NCBI GenBank assembly: GCA_945892775.1
Contig: CAMDDP010000003.1
Coordinates: 9,432-73,431, forward strand
Length of the DNA stretch: 64,000 nt
Direction of reading: 5' to 3'
DNA from: Chitinophaga pinensis
Lineage (GTDB): Bacteria > Bacteroidota > Bacteroidia > Chitinophagales > UBA10324
This document shows positions 28,243-38,131 of the stretch, piece by piece. Made by a program: the position numbers and the translations under genes. The first letter of the stretch is position 1; each line of letters opens with the position of its first letter. The notes beneath the pieces were generated by a model. It saw only the letters and a program-made list of their open reading frames with translations. It made no database searches and was not told the DNA's origin.

Positions 28243-30342
28243 TTATTTCAGTTTAACATTTGGAATTTCAAGTTTGAAAGTTGCCCCAACATTCGGAGTT
28301 GAAGTAACTGAAATTTTTCCGTTTATTTTATTTAAAGTTTCTTTTAAAATATAAAGGCCCAATCCAGAACCATTGCCATGCGTTGTTGCCCGATAAAACA
28401 TATCAAATATTTTTGATTGGCATTGTGGTATAATTCCTATGCCATTATCAGCAATTGTTATCTCTACTTTTGATGTAGTTACTACTGCATCAATTGATAA
28501 AAATGGATTAGCTTCATTTTTATTTTGATACTTCAATGCATTTGAAATCAAGTTAGATAATATCACCTTTAATCTGCTCTTATCAGAATAAAATGGAACC
28601 TGCATATTGAAACATAACCGCTTTTCAACTTTATCAGCCCCATCAATAAATTGCACTTCAGCTAGTACCTCCTCGGCAATTTCATGCAAATCAATTTCTT
28701 CAATTTCAACTTCTGTTCGGGTATTTTTAGAATACTCCAAAATTTCTTTAATAGTATTATCCAATGTTGTCACACTGGTTTTCATCATCTCTAAATATTT
28801 TTTCGGTTTTTCATCAGTAATAGTCAACTCCACAATGTCAACCAAGCCAAGCACATTCAAAAGAGGTGCACGCAAATCGTGAGAGGTGCTGTATACAAAT
28901 CGATCTAATTCGGAATTAGTTTTTGTCAATTCTTCATTCTGTATTTTTATTCTTTCCAACGAAAGCTTGTTATCAGAAACGGCCTTGTCTTTTTCCATTA
29001 GCAAACTAATAATATTAACAACCCGTGTAATTATTTCAGATTCCTTTGCCTCAGGTTTTTCCTTTGACACTTGGTAGTAAACCTCAAAAACACCTAGCAC
29101 GCTTCCTGCTTCAGACAAAACAGGATATGAAAAACAAGAGGCTATTTTATATCTTCTTGCATGCACTAAAAAATCTTTCCACTCTTCATTTAACTCAATA
29201 TTATTGCAATAAGAATTACACTTGCTCGCGGCGGCTTTTCCTGAGGAAATTGAGCTAAAACCTATAGGAACCTCACCAATTGATTTTATAAAGTTTTGCG
29301 AAATATTGGGCGCTACATACCAACTAAGTGAATGGGTTTCTTTATTAGTTTTAAGAATAGCACAACGCATTCCAATATTTAATTCTTCCACACTTGTGAC
29401 CAAATGATTTAAAGCTCGAGACAAATCATTATCCTTGGATGCCATCTCCAATACTTGTTTTTCTGAAAGCAATAATTTTTCCATTCTTTTTCGTTCCGAA
29501 ATGTCTGTAATACGTATTTGCAAATGCGGTTTATTTAAATATTCCACTACACGAAATTCCAGGTTGCCCCAAAATATTTTTCCTTTTCGCGTGTGGTATT
29601 CCATTTCCTTTGACCATCCCCAGTTATCCTTTATCTGCTTCTTAATTCTAATAAGTTCCGACTCAGCAAATGGTGTTTTTTGTAATGCAATCGGATCTAA
29701 TCCAACTAAATCATCCATTGAGGAGACTTCAAATAATTCCATTGCTCTTTTATTGCAATTGATAATTTTCATTTCATCCAAATTCGTCATTAAGTTGGCA
29801 TCAGCCGATTCATTAAAAATGTTTCTAAAAAGATTTTCACTCTTTTTTAATTTATCTTGAATGCGAAGTTTTGAACCAAGTGATATGATTGAAATTATTC
29901 CGCCAGTAGCAAAAACTACCACTATCACATCATGTTCCATTTTAGTTTTAACAAATTCCAATACAAAAATTATAGCGAGAAAATTTATAACAATAAAAAG
30001 ATACAATTGTGTCGAGCTTTTAAACACCGTGCAAACAACCATAAAGGTTATGAGCAACATAATCGTGTTATGGACTTCAAAATCACTCCTAAAACATTCT
30101 AAAATACTTTGCCCCATAATTAAATAAGCAGCAAACAAAATAATTCGTGATATATGTTTTTTTATGTGTTCAGTTATAAATGAAAGAAAAACAACTAAAA
30201 ATGTAAGTGCTGCAAAAAATATATTGACATAAAATTGTGTTAAAAATATTAACCCTTGAGAGAAAAAGGTAACGCTGGAAAAAAGATATAATAAGCCTGC
30301 TGCTAAAAGCAATATTCTACCTACAGCAATCTCATTATCCAT
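28243..30342 (-). CDS. sensor histidine kinase (multi-TM N-terminus, PAS, GAF-like, HisKA, HATPase_c)
   Basis: H-box 'STSHDLRAPLLNV', N-box 'LISNALKY', G-boxes 'DNGIGI' and 'GSGLGLYI'. About 6 hydrophobic helices at the N-terminus. ATG at 30342; a TTG alternative lies at 30399. Confidence 0.85.
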   Translation of the reverse strand: MDNEIAVGRILLLAAGLLYLFSSVTFFSQGLIFLTQFYVNIFFAALTFLVVFLSFITEHIKKHISRIILFAAYLIMGQSILECFRSDFEVHNTIMLLITFMVVCTVFKSSTQLYLFIVINFLAIIFVLEFVKTKMEHDVIVVVFATGGIISIISLGSKLRIQDKLKKSENLFRNIFNESADANLMTNLDEMKIINCNKRAMELFEVSSMDDLVGLDPIALQKTPFAESELIRIKKQIKDNWGWSKEMEYHTRKGKIFWGNLEFRVVEYLNKPHLQIRITDISERKRMEKLLLSEKQVLEMASKDNDLSRALNHLVTSVEELNIGMRCAILKTNKETHSLSWYVAPNISQNFIKSIGEVPIGFSSISSGKAAASKCNSYCNNIELNEEWKDFLVHARRYKIASCFSYPVLSEAGSVLGVFEVYYQVSKEKPEAKESEIITRVVNIISLLMEKDKAVSDNKLSLERIKIQNEELTKTNSELDRFVYSTSHDLRAPLLNVLGLVDIVELTITDEKPKKYLEMMKTSVTTLDNTIKEILEYSKNTRTEVEIEEIDLHEIAEEVLAEVQFIDGADKVEKRLCFNMQVPFYSDKSRLKVILSNLISNALKYQNKNEANPFLSIDAVVTTSKVEITIADNGIGIIPQCQSKIFDMFYRATTHGNGSGLGLYILKETLNKINGKISVTSTPNVGATFKLEIPNVKLK

Positions 30343-30597
30343 AAAACTTATGGCGTTTCTCCAATACACTATTCGATACTTAAATTGAGATTCAGGCAAT
30401 TTTTGTCTTTTTAATTACCGGCTTATACAAACTGAAAGGAAAATAGTTACCTAAGAACTCAATAATTGCCTAGTTCTAAAAACGTTTTAAAATTCTATTA
30501 ATACATACAATACTAATTAAAATGAGCATAATTTTAAAAATAGCGATGCATTGTAACCCTTTAAAAATAAGATTATTGTAATGTCAAAAGATAATAA

Positions 30598-31866
30598 ATG
30601 GCGAAACAGATTACTAATCACGAACAAAACCTGCGAATTATTGATCAGGTAACAATAACCGGTACCAACTTAGGTGTTGGTCAACTTTCAACAGAAGATG
30701 CTATTCTTAATGGAAGAACGATAAAAATACGAGGAAGAGACATTGTAAATTTTAGTTCTTGTAGTTATTTAGGCTTAGAAATGAATGAAAGCATTAAAAA
30801 TGGTGCTATTGAAGCCATTAAAAAATTTGGAACTCAATTTTCTTCTTCAAGGGCATTTTTATCCCTCTCACTTTATAAAGAATTAGAAAATTTATTATCA
30901 CTAATGTTTGAAATGCCTACGCTGGTTTCAGCCACTACTACGCTAGGTCATCTTAGCAACATACCTGTTTTGGTAAGCCCCGATGACTTAGTCATTATGG
31001 ATGCTAAACTTCATGCAAGCGTACAAATGGCCTTGCAATTGGTTAAAGCTCGTGGAGGAAAAATTGAGGTGGTTCGCCATAATCGATTAGATATGTTAGA
31101 AGATCTTATTCTTGCAAACAAAGATAAATATCAAAAAATTTGGTACATGGCTGATGGTGTTTATAGCATGTATGGTGATTATGCTCCTGTTGATGACTTA
31201 ATGAAAATGCTAGACAACCACGAACAATTGCACTTGTATTTTGACGATGCACATGGTATGTCATGGTTTGGAAAAAATGGAACTGGATATGTGCGTAGTA
31301 AAATGAAAAGACACGACAGACTTTATTTAACAACTTCGTTAAACAAAGCATTTGCTGGAGGTGGTGGTGCTTTAATATTTCCAAATGAAGAGGCAAGAAG
31401 AAAAATCAGAAATTGTGGAAGTACAATGATTTTTTCAGGTCCAATGCAACCGGCAAGTTTAGGAGCAGGAATAGCATCAGCTGAAATTCATTTATCAAAT
31501 GAAATTTATGGATTACAGGAACAGTTACAAAACCGCATTACTTACTTTCATGATTTAACTAAAAAGTTAAATCTACCCTTAATAAGTGATTCAAGTTCAC
31601 CGATAAAATTTATTGGTGTTGGAAAACCTGGCATCGGCTATAGCATGGTTCGTAGGTTAATGGATAAAGGATACTTTGTAAACCTTAGTATTTTTCCAAG
31701 TGTATCCTATAATAACACAGGATTAAGAATTCCAATTACCAATCATCATTCATTGGATGATATTGAATCACTTTTAAATCATATAGCCCGCGAATTGCCT
31801 TTGGCATTATTGGAAGAACAATCAAGTATCAAACAGATCTACCAAGCATTCAAGTTGGTTGGATAA
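30598..31866 (+). CDS. alpha-oxoamine synthase family PLP enzyme (8-amino-7-oxononanoate synthase / serine palmitoyltransferase-like)
   Basis: 'NFSSCSYLGL', 'DDAHGMSWFG' and PLP-lysine context 'TTSLNKAFAGGGG' fit the AONS/SPT family. Substrate cannot be told from sequence alone. Confidence 0.8.
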   Translation: MAKQITNHEQNLRIIDQVTITGTNLGVGQLSTEDAILNGRTIKIRGRDIVNFSSCSYLGLEMNESIKNGAIEAIKKFGTQFSSSRAFLSLSLYKELENLLSLMFEMPTLVSATTTLGHLSNIPVLVSPDDLVIMDAKLHASVQMALQLVKARGGKIEVVRHNRLDMLEDLILANKDKYQKIWYMADGVYSMYGDYAPVDDLMKMLDNHEQLHLYFDDAHGMSWFGKNGTGYVRSKMKRHDRLYLTTSLNKAFAGGGGALIFPNEEARRKIRNCGSTMIFSGPMQPASLGAGIASAEIHLSNEIYGLQEQLQNRITYFHDLTKKLNLPLISDSSSPIKFIGVGKPGIGYSMVRRLMDKGYFVNLSIFPSVSYNNTGLRIPITNHHSLDDIESLLNHIARELPLALLEEQSSIKQIYQAFKLVG

Positions 31867-31921
31867 TTATTACCTGAAAAGAAGTTAAAAAATAAATCCG
31901 ATTTATCGGAACGATTTTTTT

Positions 31922-32761
31922 TTATTTCACTACAGCGTACTTAATTGTTTTTTGTGATGCGCCGGTTTCAGCTTTTATAAAATATATACCTGAAGAAAGC
32001 ATTGATAATTGATAACTGATTAGTTGATTGGGAGTTGAATTACCAGAGTAAATTGTATTAATAAATTTTCCATCGGCAGAATAAATTTTGATGTTAATTT
32101 TTTGAGCATCCTGATTATTTATTATCAAGCTAATCGAAGTATTATCAGAATTAATAGTTGTCAATTGAATTAAATCATCTGCATCAGAAGGAATTGAATG
32201 AACAGAAGCAACAACCGATGGTGACATTATCCAATTAGTTATTATAGGGTCTAAAGGAACAATAGATTGTGAATGATGAGCGATCCAATGCCCCGCTTCG
32301 TCAATGCAAAACTTATTAAAATTCCAGGAAACATGTGCATCAGCAACTCCATTCAAATCTTGGCGTTGCAACCATTTATAAACGGGCGCAGTATCAGCAG
32401 AGATCGTGGCAATCTTTGACATCATTTGAAATGTAACTCCATAAACACCGGTGCAAAATTGATTAATGGTCGAATCATCATGTGGATCCTGACCATTAAA
32501 ATCATTGCATGGAAATCCAATAATTTCAAAATTGTATTGATGATATTGATTGTAAAGAGCTTCTAGATCAGTAAATTGAGGGGTGTACCCACAATAGCTT
32601 GCGGTATTTACTACTAAAACTTTTTTGCCATAGTACTGTGATAGATTTATAGTATCTCCAATAATTGTTACAGCAGAATAATCATGAAAAGTTAGTGCGC
32701 CCTGAGAATAAGCGTTCGCACTTAAAATGCATATTAATAAAATCGAAATATTTTTTTTCAT
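31922..32761 (-). CDS. glutathione-peroxidase-fold protein fused to a T9SS C-terminal sorting domain
   Basis: GPx blocks 'VLVVNTASYCGYTPQF', 'IIGFPCNDFNGQDP' and 'WNFNKFCID'. C-terminal ~85 aa ('...INIKIYSADGKFINTIYSG...SGIYFIKAETGASQKTIKYAVVK') fit the T9SS type-A CTD. Confidence 0.75.
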   Translation of the reverse strand: MKKNISILLICILSANAYSQGALTFHDYSAVTIIGDTINLSQYYGKKVLVVNTASYCGYTPQFTDLEALYNQYHQYNFEIIGFPCNDFNGQDPHDDSTINQFCTGVYGVTFQMMSKIATISADTAPVYKWLQRQDLNGVADAHVSWNFNKFCIDEAGHWIAHHSQSIVPLDPIITNWIMSPSVVASVHSIPSDADDLIQLTTINSDNTSISLIINNQDAQKINIKIYSADGKFINTIYSGNSTPNQLISYQLSMLSSGIYFIKAETGASQKTIKYAVVK

Positions 32762-32841
32762 GACAAAAAATTAATTTTGGTAAAAATAGGTATATAAAAT
32801 TGCCTCAATCAATTTTATATTAACCAATAAAATTATATAAA

Positions 32842-33318
32842 TTGAAAATAAAATACGCTTCAATAATCACAATATTATTTTATTCAATAGTATTTAGTGC
32901 CTGCCAGCATTCAAAAAAAATGCGTGTTTCAAAAATTAAACCCTTAGAAAGCAACAATGAAATTTATAATGCCTCACCAAGTTCTTGCATTGTGATCGCT
33001 ACTATTTTAAATATTTATCCCATTGATTCATCTCAAACTAATTCGTGGTGCAATAAATTTCCATGTACTGCTTTATTACAAATAGATGAAATAAAAAGTT
33101 GCGGAAGTGACGCCACCGGAATGATTGATTTATCAACCAATACTGAAACGAATTTTGCTTTTACTCTTTCCCCAACAGATTCAGTCGATCAATCCATTGC
33201 AATAAAACTTCCTGGATTAATGGTCGGAGATAAAATTATTACTACAATACATATACATCCGGCTATGAATAATAAAAAAAAATACGCTGTTTATTCCTAT
33301 AAAAAACTACCCAAATAG
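32842..33318 (+). CDS. hypothetical lipoprotein (TTG start)
   Basis: A TTG start gives 'MKIKYASIITILFYSIVFSAC', a lipoprotein signal. No in-frame ATG precedes the signal peptide. Confidence 0.4.
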   Translation: MKIKYASIITILFYSIVFSACQHSKKMRVSKIKPLESNNEIYNASPSSCIVIATILNIYPIDSSQTNSWCNKFPCTALLQIDEIKSCGSDATGMIDLSTNTETNFAFTLSPTDSVDQSIAIKLPGLMVGDKIITTIHIHPAMNNKKKYAVYSYKKLPK

Positions 33319-33360
33319 AAAATTATTTTGTTAATTTGTTAAAATTACAAAATTCATTCA

Positions 33361-36135
33361 ATGAATAAAATTCTTTTAAAATGCTTTGTTGTTCTGTTCA
33401 CTTGTTGGCTTTCATTTCATTTCTCTTCAACCAATTTGATTAATAGAAATAATTTACAATATGAAGCAATGGAAATTGGTGATGAAGAAAGTGGCTCTCT
33501 TAAGTGGGAACTCATGAGATTAGCCGACCCTTCAACCGGAAAAGTACCTGATCATATTCGGGCACTCGAATTAGAGTTTTCTGCTACCCTACCCAGCGAT
33601 TTAAACATGAGAAGTAGCAACTTCACGAACAGAGGCCCATGGAATGTTGGAGGAAGAACAAGAGCTTTTGCAATGGATATAAATGATACTTCTATTTTAA
33701 TTGCAGGTTCTGTAGCAGGTGATATTTGGCGATCAACTGATGCTGGAAATTTGTGGAACATTGTTTCGACTGATGCAACTCCATTCGGGATTACTTGTTT
33801 AATACAAGATAAAAGAGTTGGACATAATAACACCTGGTATGCTGGAACTGGAGAAGGGTATGGTACAAGCGCAAGCGGTGGTGGAGCATTTTATCTTGGT
33901 GATGGCGTAATGAAATCAACAGATAACGGTGTATCATGGTTCCGTTTGGCCTCAACATCATCAACTAACACAACAGGATTTGATAAAGAATTTGATATTG
34001 TTTGGAGTATGGCAAATGACAATAGTAATGCAACAGATGATGAAGTTTATGCCTCAACTTATGGTCGGTTATATCGGTCAATAAATGGTGGAACATCCTG
34101 GACTTCAGTTTTAGGAAGTTCTTCATCACCTTGTTATTTTACTGATGTACAGGTAACAAGTACGGGTATAGTTTATGTAACTATGAGTGATGATGGCACC
34201 TCAAAAGGTATATGGCGCTCAACTGATGGACTTTCCTTTGTAAATATTTTACCTGATAGTTTTCCAGTCGTTTACAATCGAATAGTAATGGGAATAAATC
34301 CTCAGAATGAAAATGAAATTTATTTTTTAGCAAATACGCCAGGAGCAGGAACTCCAGATACCAATTATGTTGGTAATGTGGAATGGAATTCATTATACAA
34401 ATACAATTATTTGTCAGGTGACGGAAGTGATACAGGTGGCGTTTGGGAAGACCGCTCAATGAATTTACCGACCAATGGCGGACCATTTGATAAATACATG
34501 TGCCAGGGTTCTTATGATATGGCAGTAAGAGTAAAACCTGATGATTCCAATACCGTTTTTATTGCTGGTACAAATATTTATCGCTCAACTACTGCATTTG
34601 CCGACCCGAATAACACCCGATTTGTTGGGGGGTATAAAGAAGGCGCCACACTTCCAGAAGTTGGTATGTATAAAAACCATCATCCCGACCAACATGTTTT
34701 ATTTTTTCATCCTAATAATCCAAATACATTGTTCTCAGCAAATGATGGAGGAATTTTTAGAGCAAATAATTGTATGCAAGATACGGTTCAATGGACCAGC
34801 TTCAATCATGGCTATCTAACTTCCATGTTTTATGCAACAGCGGTTGACAATGCCACTGCAAATGATCCTATAATAATTGCAGGTGCACAAGACAATGGAA
34901 GTTGGTTTACCAATACAACAAATGCAACAACTCCATGGGTTACCCCGCGCGGTGGCGATGGTTCCTACTGCGCAATATCTGATAACAAGGAGGAATTTTA
35001 TTTCAGTATTCAGAATGGTAAAATGATGAAAACAAAGTTGAATACTTCAACTGGAGTAATTGATTCATTTACACGAATTGACCCTATTCCAAAACAAGAT
35101 TATCTTTTTATCAATCCTTACATACTTGACCCTGTTGATAATAATAAAATGTATTTGGCAGGTGGAAACAGATTGTATCGTAATAATGATTTAGCCGGAA
35201 TTCCATATGCAAGCAACTGGGATAGCATTACCACTAACTGGATGTATTTTCCAGATACTGTTGCTGCTCCCAATCAAATTTCAGCCGTGGCCTGCTCTAC
35301 AACACCAGCACATACTGTATACTACGGAACTTCTAAAAAGCAAATTTATAAAGTAGTAAATGCAAATACCGGAACACCAACAAGAACAACCATTACATCA
35401 ACCTCCTCCACTGCAATTTTTCCTGCATCAGGCTATATAAACTGTATTGCTGTTGATCCCCATAATGCTGATAAATTAATGGTTGTGTTTTCAAATTACA
35501 ATGTGTACAGTTTATTTTATTCTGAAAATGGAGGAACAACTTGGAAAAAAACTGCTGGAAATCTAGAAGCCTATATTTCAGGAAGTGGAAATGGGCCATC
35601 ATTACGATGGGCCAGCTTTCTGCATCTGGCTGATGGTAATACCGCCTACCTTGTGGCAACCAGCATTGGATTATTTGCAACTGACAAATTAGAAAGTGAC
35701 AGCACCGTTTGGGTAAAGCAAGCAACAAATACCATTGGCAATTCAGTTTGTGACATGATTGTCACTCGTGAAATTGATGGGTTAGTTGTGATTGCAACAC
35801 ATTCACGAGGAATTTTTTCAGCTAATATTACAAGCATAAATGATATTGCAACTATAAAAAATATTAAAGAGAAAATTGTTTCTGTAGCCATCTATCCAAA
35901 TCCAACTTCAACACAAAGCAGTATTGTTATTCAATCGAAACAAAATGCAATTGTAAAAATTGAATTGCTTGATTTATTTGGAAGGAAAACACAAAATGTT
36001 TTTAACGGAAATCTATCTCCAGGTGAAAATAAATTCCAATTGAATGTTCAAGCCTATCCCTCAGGAATATACTTTTGTAAAATCAGCTCTGAGTATTTTG
36101 AGAAAGTTATTCCGGTGAGTATCGTGAGGGAATAA
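33361..36135 (+). CDS. BNR/Asp-box repeat (sortilin-VPS10 / GH74-like beta-propeller) protein with T9SS C-terminal sorting domain
   Basis: Asp-box motifs 'STDAGNLW', 'STDNGVSW', 'SINGGTSW' and 'SENGGTTW'. C-terminal 'IYPNPTSTQSSIVI...GIYFCKISSEYFEKVIPVSIV' fits a T9SS CTD. Confidence 0.7.
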   Translation: MNKILLKCFVVLFTCWLSFHFSSTNLINRNNLQYEAMEIGDEESGSLKWELMRLADPSTGKVPDHIRALELEFSATLPSDLNMRSSNFTNRGPWNVGGRTRAFAMDINDTSILIAGSVAGDIWRSTDAGNLWNIVSTDATPFGITCLIQDKRVGHNNTWYAGTGEGYGTSASGGGAFYLGDGVMKSTDNGVSWFRLASTSSTNTTGFDKEFDIVWSMANDNSNATDDEVYASTYGRLYRSINGGTSWTSVLGSSSSPCYFTDVQVTSTGIVYVTMSDDGTSKGIWRSTDGLSFVNILPDSFPVVYNRIVMGINPQNENEIYFLANTPGAGTPDTNYVGNVEWNSLYKYNYLSGDGSDTGGVWEDRSMNLPTNGGPFDKYMCQGSYDMAVRVKPDDSNTVFIAGTNIYRSTTAFADPNNTRFVGGYKEGATLPEVGMYKNHHPDQHVLFFHPNNPNTLFSANDGGIFRANNCMQDTVQWTSFNHGYLTSMFYATAVDNATANDPIIIAGAQDNGSWFTNTTNATTPWVTPRGGDGSYCAISDNKEEFYFSIQNGKMMKTKLNTSTGVIDSFTRIDPIPKQDYLFINPYILDPVDNNKMYLAGGNRLYRNNDLAGIPYASNWDSITTNWMYFPDTVAAPNQISAVACSTTPAHTVYYGTSKKQIYKVVNANTGTPTRTTITSTSSTAIFPASGYINCIAVDPHNADKLMVVFSNYNVYSLFYSENGGTTWKKTAGNLEAYISGSGNGPSLRWASFLHLADGNTAYLVATSIGLFATDKLESDSTVWVKQATNTIGNSVCDMIVTREIDGLVVIATHSRGIFSANITSINDIATIKNIKEKIVSVAIYPNPTSTQSSIVIQSKQNAIVKIELLDLFGRKTQNVFNGNLSPGENKFQLNVQAYPSGIYFCKISSEYFEKVIPVSIVRE

Positions 36136-36155
36136 ACTTTTGAAGTATAAATAAG

Positions 36156-36190
36156 ATAGCCCTTCAAAATTTTTTGAAGGGCTATTTTTG
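36156..36190. terminator. strong bidirectional rho-independent terminator
   Basis: Stem atagcccttcaa/ttgaagggctat (12 bp perfect, extendable), followed by a T-run. Lies between convergent genes. Confidence 0.8.
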
Positions 36191-36199
36191 TTTTAATCC

Positions 36200-36919
36200 T
36201 TATAAATTTAAAATCAGGTTTACTTTTTTAGATACTGCCGGCGCAACAACTTTTTTAGTCTTCGATTTCCCTTTACCCATATATCCTAAAGAAATATAAA
36301 ACAACTTGCTGGTTTTAGGAAAACTTGATATAATACTTGAAGTTCCATTATCTTCATCAAGGTGAATATCTGATGGATTTAAAAAGTCAAGTAGATAATA
36401 CTTGGCTCCAATATAAATACTCTTCTTTTGATACCTAAAAAATACTGACGGATTAAATAAAGTAGTGTTATTTGATAACCACTCGTGATGTTTCTGCGCG
36501 TTTTTGTTTCCTTCAAATACTTTCTCTTTATAATCCAACATCACCTCCCCTGTTCCTCCAATTGTTACAAACTGTCCATTCTCTAAATTACCAAAACGAA
36601 ATCCTACTGGAATGCCTGCACTGTATGCTCGTTGCTTTACTGTTATGCCTTTTTTGGGGGTGGTAATCATTCCTACATTTTGCATACCATAGCCGATTAT
36701 AAATCCTGCTTTTTTAGAAAAATCAATATTCAATATTTTTTCAAAATGATACCAGGATGAAAAACGAAGATTGCTAGTAACATCATTACCCGCTTCATCT
36801 TTTGCCATTCCATACGAAAAAATCATATCGAAACCAGTAGTGAAATAGGGTTTCTTTTGAGCAAATGTATTAGTTGATAAAAAAGCGAATAAAAAGAGAA
36901 CAATGATTTTGAATTTCAT
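36200..36919 (-). CDS. hypothetical outer-membrane beta-barrel-like protein
   Basis: Signal peptide 'MKFKIIVLFLFAFLSTNTFAQ' and alternating amphipathic strands. No family recognised. Confidence 0.5.
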   Translation of the reverse strand: MKFKIIVLFLFAFLSTNTFAQKKPYFTTGFDMIFSYGMAKDEAGNDVTSNLRFSSWYHFEKILNIDFSKKAGFIIGYGMQNVGMITTPKKGITVKQRAYSAGIPVGFRFGNLENGQFVTIGGTGEVMLDYKEKVFEGNKNAQKHHEWLSNNTTLFNPSVFFRYQKKSIYIGAKYYLLDFLNPSDIHLDEDNGTSSIISSFPKTSKLFYISLGYMGKGKSKTKKVVAPAVSKKVNLILNL

Positions 36920-37037
36920 AAAACTTTATTGATGATTAAGTGAAAGAAAATTTATTTAGTAAAAGTGAAATCAATTATCAAGACATTAATAATATTAAAT
37001 TGTTAATGAACAAGAAATTAGTTTTAAAAAACTTTAT

Positions 37038-37934
37038 TCAATCCTTTGAGCCCATAACTTGAAGAAGATCTTTTAACTCAAGCACTTTATTGTTTTCATT
37101 CTGCAACTCGTATCCAACTATTAGGTAATTGATTAAAACACTAATAACCTGTAAATTGTTGCAAGGAGAAAAATGAGTTGGAGAGTGTTTAACTTCTAAC
37201 TTATTAAGGTAGTGGGTAATGTCTTCACCTGAAAAAATCATTCCCTTATTTAATGGATTAATGTAAAAGATAATATCGCTGCGAATTTCCTGTTCGCTCT
37301 GATTTGTTTGAATGGGATGATTGTGATACGATAAAATAAAATGTTGTGGCAGGTCAACGCCATAAACCGGCATCTGCAATTGATTGGCAATAATGAGATA
37401 TAAAATTCCAAGTGAAATCGGATTTCCTTTTTTTGTCTCCAACAAATGATTGATATAGCAATAAGCAGGATTTATTCCATCACTTTCAGTACCACGGTAA
37501 CCATTTAAACTATAAAACACATGGTTAAACACATTCACTTGCTCCAATGGCGTAAGGTTGTAATTCATTTCGAGCCAAATATCTTTTTTCAATTTCTCTA
37601 CCTGATTCTGAATTTTTAAAATATTAATATCAGGAAATAAATGTTTAGCAACTAAAATAGCTCCTTGAAACAGATCATCGGAATGGTTTTTTGCCCAATC
37701 ACTTAAATCAGCACGTAAGGTATCAGTATGAATAATGTGAATGACCTCTTCAATTTTTTTATGAACCGAAGGGTCAAATGATTTTTCCCACTCTTGTTCG
37801 AGCGAAGGAATAATTTTTGGCCCAAATGAAGTAAGCTTAGTAACTACCATTTTTATAATCTCCTCATCAGGATCATCTAGCAAATGAACAAGCGCCTTTA
37901 ATTCATTATTGTTTTCACCTATCATGTAAATCAT
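37038..37934 (-). CDS. transglutaminase-like (SirB1/YchA, Transglut_core2) family protein
   Basis: 'YCYINHLLETKKGNPISLGILYLIIANQLQMPVYGVDLPQHFIL' matches the core of the SirB1-type family. ATG at 37934; the ORF-track start at 37970 is GTG. Confidence 0.55.
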   Translation of the reverse strand: MIYMIGENNNELKALVHLLDDPDEEIIKMVVTKLTSFGPKIIPSLEQEWEKSFDPSVHKKIEEVIHIIHTDTLRADLSDWAKNHSDDLFQGAILVAKHLFPDINILKIQNQVEKLKKDIWLEMNYNLTPLEQVNVFNHVFYSLNGYRGTESDGINPAYCYINHLLETKKGNPISLGILYLIIANQLQMPVYGVDLPQHFILSYHNHPIQTNQSEQEIRSDIIFYINPLNKGMIFSGEDITHYLNKLEVKHSPTHFSPCNNLQVISVLINYLIVGYELQNENNKVLELKDLLQVMGSKD

Positions 37935-38103
37935 TATTAGTTGGTGAAAAGTAAGAAGGAAAGCAACCACGCCCTTACCAACCTTTTAAATACTATTAAC
38001 AGCAAAATACAATTGGTTTAATACATTGAACAGTACAAAATGACTCATCATTCAGAATTAAATTTCATATAAGTAATAGCAGTAAGATTTATCATTTGAA
38101 GTT

Positions 38104-38111
38104 TACATTTG
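38104..38111 (+). promoter_or_regulatory. candidate -7 promoter box (TAcaTTTG) for ettA
   Basis: Exact TAnnTTTG 20 nt upstream of the ATG at 38132. Confidence 0.35.
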
Positions 38112-38131
38112 ACCTTCTTTAAAAAATCAAT

